The notes under the pieces are model-generated. The model was given only the letters and a program-made list of their open reading frames with translations, did no database searches and had not been told where the DNA came from. Below are positions 44,357-53,099 of a stretch of 64,000 bases of DNA, piece by piece (positions within the stretch are counted from its first letter, which is position 1; every line of letters starts with the position of its first letter). A program made the translations under genes and the position numbers. Source of the DNA: Candidatus Latescibacterota bacterium (GTDB lineage Bacteria > Latescibacterota > UBA2968 > GCA-2709665); NCBI GenBank assembly GCA_965208835.1, contig OZ242358.1:608001-672000 (forward strand), in the 5' to 3' direction.

Positions 44357-47095
44357 ATGCTGCGATATTTCTCTTTGGTCCTGTTCCTGGCTTTTGGGAT
44401 GGAAACCCCTGCCACTGCCGTTCCTGACGATCCTTCCAGGAGCGATCTAATTAGGGAAGACGTGCTCTTTTCGGCGGCGGGTGAAGCGCTCAACCAGGTC
44501 GCTTCCGGGAGGTTCGATCTGGTCCCACGCGAGCCGGGAACAGTGGTTCGCACTCTGGGAACGGATTTCGCGCTGACGCTTGATCGGGACCTGATGCCGG
44601 GAATCTACCGGCTGAGCGTTCTCTGTCTGGCCCCGACGACGTCAACCGATTCATTCTGGCTGGAGGTGAACGGAGAGCGGCAACCGCAACCGATCGTGTT
44701 GCCCAAGGGCGAGTACACGGAGGTGCATCGGGGCTTTCGACTGGACGTTTCGGGAAGAACATCCATTCGACTCGTGCTGCGGGAACGGCCCGGTGTGAGC
44801 GTTGCCCGCATGAAACTGACGCATCTGACGGTTCATTTTGATGACGCTTCGGTCATCCGGCCAGCGCTGACCGGAGAGCGCCCGCGGCTTTTTCTCACGC
44901 GGTGGGACATCGAGCGGTTGCGCGACGCACAGCGCAGTAACGCCGGCCAGCGGCTCTATCGGCGGCAGGGGATGTTGCGGGGCACGCCGCCTCCCCGCAC
45001 GGGTCCGCCGAAGCGCGCGGGGTGGACGTGGCGTATGGAGAACCAGGCGATCCCTTGCCTGCTCGCCAATTCCCCCGATGCGACCGAGCGTTTCGAGGCC
45101 ATCCGGCGCCACATTCTCACAATCTGCACATACGACAAGTGGCTCCCTGACGGCTGGTCGCATGCTACACCGGATCTGGATCTTGACGCGGCCTATATGA
45201 TCCATGGGACCGCCGTCGCGTACGATTGGCTCTACAACTGGTTTACGGAGGAGGAAAGACGGATCATCCGGGAGAAGCTGACGTACCAGGCGCGGCTCAT
45301 GTTCGAGGCGTCCTTTATGGAGCGAATGTATTGGGCGCGTACCGTCCAGCAGAACCACTACTGGTTCGACAATTACGCCATCGGCGTGGCCGGCGCGGCG
45401 CTTTACGGCGAGGTGCCCGAGGCCGAGGCGTGGATGGCCTGGAGCTGGGACCGCCTACAGGGGACGCTGAAGACCTTCGCCCAGGACGGGGGGTTCCACG
45501 AGGGGCCTGCGTACTGGAACTTCTCCATGGGGTCGCTGTTTCGATGGATCGACCTCTATGAACATACAACGGGACAGACGATCGCTTACGCAGACACATG
45601 GCTGAGGAAGACCGGCTATTTCCCGATTCATTACGTGTATCCCGATCTGCGTTCGGGCGCGGCAATCGAAGATACGTTTCGACCGGGGGTTGTACCTGCG
45701 CTGGAAACGCTGCTCTGGCTGGCAGGGCGCAATGGCGACGCCCGGCTCTTTCGTATTGCCGAGTTGATTCACGCAGACAGGCAGAATACCCACTGGTGGA
45801 CGTTGAAGGCGCTGGCCGGGGATACGAGGGCGTCGGCCGGAACGCTGGACGAGCTGATGCCCAAGCTGGCTTATTACCGGGACGTGGAAGCATACTTTGC
45901 ACGGACATCGTGGCGGACGGACGCAACGATGTTCGCACTTGGGGCGCGTCCGCTCGGGGGTCACACACTGGCAAGACTGATCGAGGCGTATCCCTGGATC
46001 GGCGGCGTAGGGCACAACCACCCCGCGCAGAACAGCTTTGTGCTGTACGGCAGCGGGAAGGAGCTGTTGATCGATCCAGGCTATACGTTGAAAAAGCTGA
46101 CGGCGAACCACAACACGGTCCTGGTGGACGGGCAGGGGCAGTACGGCGACGGAGAGCGGTGGCCGCGCTGGTATCCCGGGTGGTCGTACATCGGGTACGC
46201 CTCCACCGAGTTCCCGTATGTGCGTGGGGAGGCCGCATCGGCGTACCCTCCCGAACTGGGTCTGAAGCGGTTCACACGTCAGATGTTGATGCTGGACGAC
46301 AAACGTGTAATGTTTGCGGACCATCTGGAGGCAGACCGACCGCGGCGTTTCACGTGGCTGCTACATTTCGACGAAGACGCGGACGTGCTGTCGTCGGGAC
46401 AGGGCCGGTTTGCGGCGACTTACGAAGGCGCGTCGCTGCGAATCGATATTCTGACGCCGGACGGCATGGCCTCGCAATTTGAACGTTACGAACCGACGTG
46501 GAACAATATTGCGCGTCCCGGCTATCACCCCAGAGTCGGCCGGCTGCAGTTGACCGCCGGTCCGGTAACGGCCACGCCGATTGTGGCCGTGCTGGGCCTC
46601 GACCCCTCGGGGACGCGTCCGGCGCTGGAAATCACACCTCGCGTCCTGCTCGTTACGTTTTCCGACAGTACCCGGGTAGGGTTCAATCGAACGGCGGAGG
46701 TGGTGGCCGTGGATGGGCTCGAGACCGACGGGCGCGCCGTGGTGATTACCCCTGTTGGAACCGGGGGACGCAGGGCCAGGGTCCTGGACGTGCTCCGGTA
46801 CCGCGACGGGTCCGGTCGGCTCCGCGACTTCCCGGACGGAGAGGGCGAATTCGTCCTGTTGAACGGTGCCTGGCTGCCGACGTTCCCGGAGGCGCCTGTC
46901 ACGTTGAGCGCTGACTTCGACGGGAACGGTACGGTGGGTTTCAGCGACTTCCTGGCGTTCGCACACGTGTTTGGGTCCCACGCCGGAACCGCGGGCTGGG
47001 ACGCCCGGTTCGACCTGAACGGCGACGGCGAAGTCGGGTTTCGGGATTTCCTGATTCTCGCGGCCCAATTCGGCAGGCGCAAACCCGGGAATTAA
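44357..47095 (+). CDS. Secreted DUF4962/heparinase II/III lyase with C-terminal dockerin-like module
   Basis: Signal peptide, RPRLFL, QNHYW, DGGFHEGPAYW, GHNHPAQNSF and NHNTVLVDG. C-terminal DFDGNGTVGFSDF...DLNGDGEVGFRDF. Confidence 0.88.
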   Translation: MLRYFSLVLFLAFGMETPATAVPDDPSRSDLIREDVLFSAAGEALNQVASGRFDLVPREPGTVVRTLGTDFALTLDRDLMPGIYRLSVLCLAPTTSTDSFWLEVNGERQPQPIVLPKGEYTEVHRGFRLDVSGRTSIRLVLRERPGVSVARMKLTHLTVHFDDASVIRPALTGERPRLFLTRWDIERLRDAQRSNAGQRLYRRQGMLRGTPPPRTGPPKRAGWTWRMENQAIPCLLANSPDATERFEAIRRHILTICTYDKWLPDGWSHATPDLDLDAAYMIHGTAVAYDWLYNWFTEEERRIIREKLTYQARLMFEASFMERMYWARTVQQNHYWFDNYAIGVAGAALYGEVPEAEAWMAWSWDRLQGTLKTFAQDGGFHEGPAYWNFSMGSLFRWIDLYEHTTGQTIAYADTWLRKTGYFPIHYVYPDLRSGAAIEDTFRPGVVPALETLLWLAGRNGDARLFRIAELIHADRQNTHWWTLKALAGDTRASAGTLDELMPKLAYYRDVEAYFARTSWRTDATMFALGARPLGGHTLARLIEAYPWIGGVGHNHPAQNSFVLYGSGKELLIDPGYTLKKLTANHNTVLVDGQGQYGDGERWPRWYPGWSYIGYASTEFPYVRGEAASAYPPELGLKRFTRQMLMLDDKRVMFADHLEADRPRRFTWLLHFDEDADVLSSGQGRFAATYEGASLRIDILTPDGMASQFERYEPTWNNIARPGYHPRVGRLQLTAGPVTATPIVAVLGLDPSGTRPALEITPRVLLVTFSDSTRVGFNRTAEVVAVDGLETDGRAVVITPVGTGGRRARVLDVLRYRDGSGRLRDFPDGEGEFVLLNGAWLPTFPEAPVTLSADFDGNGTVGFSDFLAFAHVFGSHAGTAGWDARFDLNGDGEVGFRDFLILAAQFGRRKPGN

Positions 47096-47402
47096 CCTTG
47101 ATTCGTACGTCTTACGGGACGTTAATTCGAATATGTGCTTGTATATAAAGGCGATTAGACGGCGGATTTCCAGGATACACCAGGTCACTGGACGTGACGG
47201 GAAAAAACGTCCTTCTATACGTCGATAACGCCCCGTCTTGGAGAGTTTTATCGCGTCGCCGCGTTGCTGTTTTTTTCGGATTGAGGTTAACTGTCGTGCT
47301 CCGCGGTACAACGACCCGTGTGGTACGGTGCGGGAGTTTCGGCGAACTGTTTCTGGTGCATACACTCATGACTTTATTCTCAGGTGCAGGAGGTGAACAG
47401 AC

Positions 47403-48437
47403 TTGGTTGAACTGGTAATTTTCGTATGTGCCGTTATCTTCGTTTCCGCGACCTGTTCTCTCGCGGAGGCTGTTCTCTACGCCGTTCCGGTGAGCTACGT
47501 CGAAAGCCTTGCGCAGAAGGGTACTGTATCGGGCCGTATCCTGAAAGACCTGCGGATGCGCAACGTCGACCGTCCCATCTCGGCCATCCTCTCGCTGAAT
47601 ACAATCGCGAACACGGGCGGCGCGTTCCTGGCAGGCGCGGCGTTCATAAAAGTCTACGGCGCGGAGTGGGAACACTATTTTACGATATTTATTACACTCT
47701 CGGTCCTGCTCCTGTCGGAGGTTATTCCCAAGACCGTCGGCGTGGTCTACAGCCGGTACCTGGCCAGCCTGATCGCGATACCGCTTCGAATTCTGGTCCT
47801 GGCAATGTACCCGTTTGTCGAGACATGCCGTCTTGTGACCCGGGCATTCTCGAAGGGTCGATCGTCCCAGGAGGTTTCCGAAGACGAAATCGCCTCACTG
47901 GCGCGGATGGGGAGGGAAGCCGGCGCGATCGAGCCACACGAAGCCCGCGTGATGCAGAACATCCTATCGCTCAAACGCAAGACCGCAAGGGATGTCATGA
48001 CCCCGCGGACGGTCGTGTTCGCGTTGAGCGCCGATCTGAACGTGGAGCAGGCGCAAAAGGAGGCCGGGACCTGGCAGCACAGCCGGGTCCCCGTCTACGA
48101 GAATGAATTCGAGGACGTGATCGGCGTCGTGATGCGGCGCGATGCGTTCAACGCCCTCACGGACGGTCGTGGGCAGACCCCAATTTCGGAACTGATGGGT
48201 CCCGTTCACTTCGTCGCAGAGACGGTCTCGCTGGACCGGGTTCTGGAGATGTTTCTGGAGCGGCGGCAGCACCTCTTTGCGGTCATCGACGAATACGGCG
48301 GGCTGGCCGGGATCCTGACGCTGGAAGATGTGCTCGAAGAGATTCTGGGCAGGGAGATTGTGGATGAGTCCGATACGGTTACGGACATGCGTGAACTGGC
48401 GCGGCGCCGGCGCCGTCAGGTCTCGGAAGGGGAATAG
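47403..48437 (+). CDS. CNNM/DUF21 plus CBS-pair membrane protein (HlyC/CorC-like)
   Basis: SD GGAGGTG before TTG. SLAEAVL, ILSLNTIAN, SEVIPK, DVMTPR, HSRVPVY and IDEYGGLAGILTLEDVLEEILG. Confidence 0.92.
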   Translation: MVELVIFVCAVIFVSATCSLAEAVLYAVPVSYVESLAQKGTVSGRILKDLRMRNVDRPISAILSLNTIANTGGAFLAGAAFIKVYGAEWEHYFTIFITLSVLLLSEVIPKTVGVVYSRYLASLIAIPLRILVLAMYPFVETCRLVTRAFSKGRSSQEVSEDEIASLARMGREAGAIEPHEARVMQNILSLKRKTARDVMTPRTVVFALSADLNVEQAQKEAGTWQHSRVPVYENEFEDVIGVVMRRDAFNALTDGRGQTPISELMGPVHFVAETVSLDRVLEMFLERRQHLFAVIDEYGGLAGILTLEDVLEEILGREIVDESDTVTDMRELARRRRRQVSEGE

Positions 48438-48582
48438 CAAGTCCGTCGATCGTGCCGCAAACTGTCAGTTTGCGGTACCGAATCAAGCACCCTCAGGTAG
48501 CCACGCCGTAGCGCGAATTGTCAATTCGCGGCAAATGATGATGCGTAACCGCTGCGCACTGGGACGATTCCCGAGGAATTGA

Positions 48583-49854
48583 GTGACGGCACTGCAGACA
48601 GAGCTGTTCGACCACACCGATACGTCGACGCGACCCTTATCGTATGAAGAATTGCTCTGCGACATCGTGCGTTTCGACGATTTTCACAGTGAAACGGCGG
48701 TCCTGGAATTTCCTGATCCGGACTTCGACATTCCGGTCTATGTGAATGAGTTCTGGACATCCAGACAGAGGGCGGCCCACTCGCTCCACGAGGTATCGTA
48801 CCGCGCGTGTTTCAAGCCCCAGTTGCCGCGGTTCTTCATAGAGAGACTGACCAGTCCGGGCGAAGCGGTCTACGATCCCTTCCTGGGGCGGGGCACGACC
48901 GTCATCGAAGCCGCATTGCTGGGGCGCACGCCCGTCGGGACGGACGTCAATCCATTAAGCGAAATACTCGTGTCCCCGAGGCTCGATCCACCTCCCCTTG
49001 CGGCAGTTTCCAAACGCCTGAGCGAACTGCCTCTCGACGGCGACTACGAAACGCGGGACGACCTGCTTGCGTTTTATCATCCGAACACGCTGCGCCAGAT
49101 TACCAACCTTCGGAACTTCCTGATCGGAAAACAGGAAGACGGCGGTCTGGATGCGGTTGACCGGTGGATCAGGATGGTGGCGACCAACCGGCTGACGGGG
49201 CATTCACCCGGTTTCTTTTCGGTTTACACGTTGCCCCCAAACCAAGCTGTCACGGTAAGCCGGCAGCGTGACATCAACCAGCGTCGCAAGCAAACCCCTC
49301 CTGAACGGGAGGTTCGGGAATCGATTCTGAAGAAGTCGCGGTCGCTCCTTGGCAAACTTCAAGAAGATGACATTGGCAAACTGCGCGCGTCCTCGAAGAA
49401 AGCCTTGCTCATCACTGGATCTTCGGACGCCACGCCCGAAATCCAGAGCGATTCGGTCAGCCTCGTCGTCACCTCGCCGCCGTTTCTGGACGTGGTGGAT
49501 TACCAGACAGACAACTGGCTGCGGTGCTGGTTCAACGGCATCGACCCGCGGACCGTAGACATATGGCACTTTAAGAAGCCGTTGGAATGGCAGGCGGCCA
49601 TGACGAGCGTATTCGTTGAACTCAGGCGAGTGCTTGAACATGGGGGATATGTCGCGTTTGAGGTCGGGGAAGTCCGCAGTGGGAAGATCCTCCTGGAATC
49701 GCTTGTTGTCCCGGCTGCGGCGCAGGCAGGGCTCGAACCGCTCATGGTCCTGGTAAACGACCAGATCTTCACCAAGACTTCAAACTGCTGGGGCGTGGAT
49801 AACCTGAAAAAGGGAACCAATACCAACAGGATCGTACTGTTGAGAAAACCCTGA
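48583..49854 (+). CDS. Orphan amino-DNA methyltransferase (probably N4-cytosine)
   Basis: SAM motif VYDPFLGRGTT precedes the catalytic VTSPPF. No nuclease gene is adjacent. Confidence 0.85.
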   Translation: MTALQTELFDHTDTSTRPLSYEELLCDIVRFDDFHSETAVLEFPDPDFDIPVYVNEFWTSRQRAAHSLHEVSYRACFKPQLPRFFIERLTSPGEAVYDPFLGRGTTVIEAALLGRTPVGTDVNPLSEILVSPRLDPPPLAAVSKRLSELPLDGDYETRDDLLAFYHPNTLRQITNLRNFLIGKQEDGGLDAVDRWIRMVATNRLTGHSPGFFSVYTLPPNQAVTVSRQRDINQRRKQTPPEREVRESILKKSRSLLGKLQEDDIGKLRASSKKALLITGSSDATPEIQSDSVSLVVTSPPFLDVVDYQTDNWLRCWFNGIDPRTVDIWHFKKPLEWQAAMTSVFVELRRVLEHGGYVAFEVGEVRSGKILLESLVVPAAAQAGLEPLMVLVNDQIFTKTSNCWGVDNLKKGTNTNRIVLLRKP

Positions 49855-50036
49855 GGTCTGGCATCTGTCGCGAAAAGCAGGAGAGGAGATATAATGACCC
49901 ACTGACACCATTTTCCGCACCAATTCAAGGCACGCCCTTTCGAGCTGCGAACGGATTGGAATATCGCCATTGTGTATACGACACGACTTCATTCAGCCGT
50001 ATTGACACTAACCTGCCGGGGTAAGGATCGCACACT

Positions 50037-52007
50037 ATGATATCAGCAAAGAACATTGCATTTGTCGCCACTTTCGCGTTGCTGGTTTTCGTTACATTCG
50101 TCGCCGCGGGTTCAGACGTGCATGCCGGTCGAACGACGCCGCAGGGGAACACAGCCAATTCCGATGGCCAGGACTCTGCGTTTCTGCCGGACTTCGACGG
50201 TAACGGGACGGTCGACTTCAGCGATTTTACGCAGTTTGCGTCAAAATTCGGACGAAGTGAAGGCGATGACGGGTACGATGCCCGGTTCGATCTGAATGGC
50301 GACGGGGAAATCGGGTTCTCGGACTTTGTGGTCTTTTCGCAACACTACGGGAAGGACCTTTCCTTCGGGATGCTCCTGCCCTGGGATCTTTCCAGAATCG
50401 TGCCGATCGACTCGGTCCGATCCACACCTGTAGGCACACGTGTCTTCATGCGGACCGAATTCGCCAACGGCAAACTCGCCGACCTGGAAATGAAGTTTAT
50501 CCAGGTCGTGGACGACTTCCTGCCACCCATGCCGGTCTATATGGTGGAAGCCTCCGATTCCGTGCTGGTCGCCCTGGGAGGCATCGCCAAGGGCATGAGC
50601 GGTTCCCCGATTTTTTCGCCGCAGGGCGCCTGGGGCGCGATCGCCTACGGCTTCATCGCGCAGGACAACCCGCCCTACTACTTTTTCGCCACGCCCATCG
50701 AATGGGTTATCGGCGAACGGGGAACCGTACCATTGGCCAAACGCGCGGCCACGTGGGGCGATAACAGCATCGTGCCCCTGGATATCCCACTCTTGAGTAC
50801 CGGCCTCAACCGTGTCCAGTTGGCGCCGGAAGGGCGTTCGTCTCCTCTCAGCAACGCCGTCCCCGCCGGTCTGACCACGCAGCGCCAGACCAGCTTCGCG
50901 CCGGGCCGGCCGCTGGCGGTTGGTGTACTGCTTGGCGAACTGACACTCGGCGCTATCGGGACCATCTCCTTCGTCGATGGCGACCGGATCTATGGTTTCG
51001 GACATTCCATGGATGACGCCGGCCCGGTTTCGCTGCCTATCATCGAGGCCGTGGTGTTGGGAGAAATTTCCAATCTGTCGGCGCCGTACAAGTTCGCAAC
51101 GCTGAACCCGACGGTACGCGGCACGCTCACCGAGGACCGTATTCCCGCGGTCCGGGGCATACTGGGCGCAGAACCGGAGCTGGTTCCGATCAGAAGCGTG
51201 TATACGTTTCCTTCGGGCGCAGAGGTAGAGCTCCTGCATACGATGCCCACGGTTGGCGTGAGCCCGGATATGTCAGTCGATCTCGTGGCTGGAGCGTTCT
51301 TCAGACCCCTTGCCAATCGTGTCGAGCTGGACCCGGACCACAGTATCCGCGTTACGGCGGATGTTTCCTTTGACGTTACTGACTCCACGCTCTCACGTAC
51401 GCGACTCTACGCCTCGCCCGAAGGCAGGCTCGGCTCGTTGATCCGGTACGCGTTATCCAATATTTCCTCCGCGCTCTTCGATCTGATGACGAGGGACGAC
51501 TACGCATTGCAGGTGACCGATGCCGGGGTACATGTGGAAGTGATTGCGGAACCCCGTTTCGCCACCGTCTTTGATGTGTCCGCGGACACGGTGGCCAGCC
51601 CCGGGGACACGCTGGACGTTACCGCATTGTTACGGGTGGGACGCCGGATTGATCGGGAGGTCGAATTGTCGCTCGGCGTTCCTGAATCGTTTCCGCCGGG
51701 CGTGTACAGTCTCGTCCTGGGTTCGGCCGCAGAGCTGGCGGCGGGTGGCGGACCCGGCTTCGGCCGTTTCCCGCGTGACGAGACGCTCGAGGAAGCTTTT
51801 GAGAGGGTAAACGGCGAGGACAAAAACGTCGTTTTGGAAGCCTTTCTGACGTTCGATATGCCCTTCGGACCGCCGGATGGTCAGGGACGCCCGCCCGGCC
51901 AGGGAGGCGGCCCGCGGCCGTCAACCTCGGTCCGGAAGGAAGTCGATCTGGTCATCGAGGGCTTGAAGGGCCTGTCCTTAAAGGTCGTTGCGCCGGCGGA
52001 GGAGTGA
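50037..52007 (+). CDS. Secreted SpoIVB/S55-family peptidase-like protein with N-terminal dockerin-like module
   Basis: Signal peptide, DFDGNGTVDFSDF...DLNGDGEIGFSDF, GIAKGMSGSP, GAIAYG, TPIE and GT(I)SFVDGDRIYGFGH. Confidence 0.82.
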   Translation: MISAKNIAFVATFALLVFVTFVAAGSDVHAGRTTPQGNTANSDGQDSAFLPDFDGNGTVDFSDFTQFASKFGRSEGDDGYDARFDLNGDGEIGFSDFVVFSQHYGKDLSFGMLLPWDLSRIVPIDSVRSTPVGTRVFMRTEFANGKLADLEMKFIQVVDDFLPPMPVYMVEASDSVLVALGGIAKGMSGSPIFSPQGAWGAIAYGFIAQDNPPYYFFATPIEWVIGERGTVPLAKRAATWGDNSIVPLDIPLLSTGLNRVQLAPEGRSSPLSNAVPAGLTTQRQTSFAPGRPLAVGVLLGELTLGAIGTISFVDGDRIYGFGHSMDDAGPVSLPIIEAVVLGEISNLSAPYKFATLNPTVRGTLTEDRIPAVRGILGAEPELVPIRSVYTFPSGAEVELLHTMPTVGVSPDMSVDLVAGAFFRPLANRVELDPDHSIRVTADVSFDVTDSTLSRTRLYASPEGRLGSLIRYALSNISSALFDLMTRDDYALQVTDAGVHVEVIAEPRFATVFDVSADTVASPGDTLDVTALLRVGRRIDREVELSLGVPESFPPGVYSLVLGSAAELAAGGGPGFGRFPRDETLEEAFERVNGEDKNVVLEAFLTFDMPFGPPDGQGRPPGQGGGPRPSTSVRKEVDLVIEGLKGLSLKVVAPAEE

Positions 52008-52008
52008 C

Positions 52009-53055
52009 ATGCAGGACGTTGCCATGCCAGACCACGACGTCGGGATCGGGATCATCGGAGGCGGGAAAGCAGGGCGGAATTTCGCCCTGGCTATTCGATC
52101 CTGCGCGGGCGCCGAGGTGCGGATGTTCTGCACGCGGAGCGAGGACTCGGCCCGGACGGCTGCGGAATTCTGCGGGGTTGCGGGATGGACTGCCGACTAT
52201 CCCGCGATGTTACAGGATCCGGATATCCATGCTGTAATCGTGGCCACCCCCGACGAATTCCACTGCGAGCACACCGTTCTGGCCGCCCGTGCGAAAAAAC
52301 ACGTGCTGTGTGAGAAGCCGATGTGCCGGTCTCCCGAAGAGGCGGACCTGATGATCCGGGAAGCAAGGGAGAACGGCGTGATACTCATGGTCGGGTTCAC
52401 GGAGCGGTACAGCCACCCGTGTATGGAGGCCAGGAGACGGATCGATGCCGGAGAGATCGGCACGCCCAGGATGATGCTCGCGAGGAGATGCCATCCGCTT
52501 TCCGTGCTGAGAGGCAGGGCATGGGTGAACGACGTTGAGACCGGCGGGGTCCTGAACTACGCCGGACCGCACAATATCGATCTGGTCTGCTGGCTGATGG
52601 GCGGGCCTCCCGAGCGCGTGTACGCCGAGATGGGGCAGCTCATCCTGAAAGACCAGGACTTCACCGATTGTGCCGTAATGACGTTCAGGTTCCCCAACGG
52701 GTCCATCGCGACGCTCTACGAGACCTTCGCGTACCCGGGCGCGTATCCCCATGGTGTGGACCGGAATATCGAGATTCTGGGAGAGCGGGGCGTCCTGCAC
52801 GTGGACTTCATGTCCCAGCCCCTGAAGGTATATACCGATGCCGGTTACGAGGTGGCCGATTCGGTGACGTGGCCGATGGGGGAACGCGGAATCCAGGGAA
52901 CACTTCTGGCCGAGGTCGAGCATTTTATCGCGTGCGTGCGTGAGGGAAGAACGCCGCTGACAACGGGTGAAGACGGCAAACTGGCCATGAGAATCGCGCT
53001 TTCGGCGAGAGAAGCGGCCAAGACCGGCAAGGCAATACCCATTCATGACACGTAA
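52009..53055 (+). CDS. Gfo/Idh/MocA family oxidoreductase
   Basis: GIIGGGKAG, ATPDEFH, VLCEKPM and GPHNIDL. Confidence 0.92.
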   Translation: MQDVAMPDHDVGIGIIGGGKAGRNFALAIRSCAGAEVRMFCTRSEDSARTAAEFCGVAGWTADYPAMLQDPDIHAVIVATPDEFHCEHTVLAARAKKHVLCEKPMCRSPEEADLMIREARENGVILMVGFTERYSHPCMEARRRIDAGEIGTPRMMLARRCHPLSVLRGRAWVNDVETGGVLNYAGPHNIDLVCWLMGGPPERVYAEMGQLILKDQDFTDCAVMTFRFPNGSIATLYETFAYPGAYPHGVDRNIEILGERGVLHVDFMSQPLKVYTDAGYEVADSVTWPMGERGIQGTLLAEVEHFIACVREGRTPLTTGEDGKLAMRIALSAREAAKTGKAIPIHDT

Positions 53056-53099
53056 GTGACCCTTGGGACATCGCCGAAATACGCTCGGAGGTGACACCT

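Noticed and set aside
47096-47402. Metal-sensing riboswitch upstream of the CNNM gene
   Set aside because: I could not recognise yybP-ykoY, M-box or fluoride consensus elements by eye. An Rfam/Infernal scan would be decisive.
50037-52007. Evidence of sporulation (SpoIVB)
   Set aside because: S55-like domains occur in non-sporulating bacteria, and the context here is a diderm envelope with a dockerin fusion.
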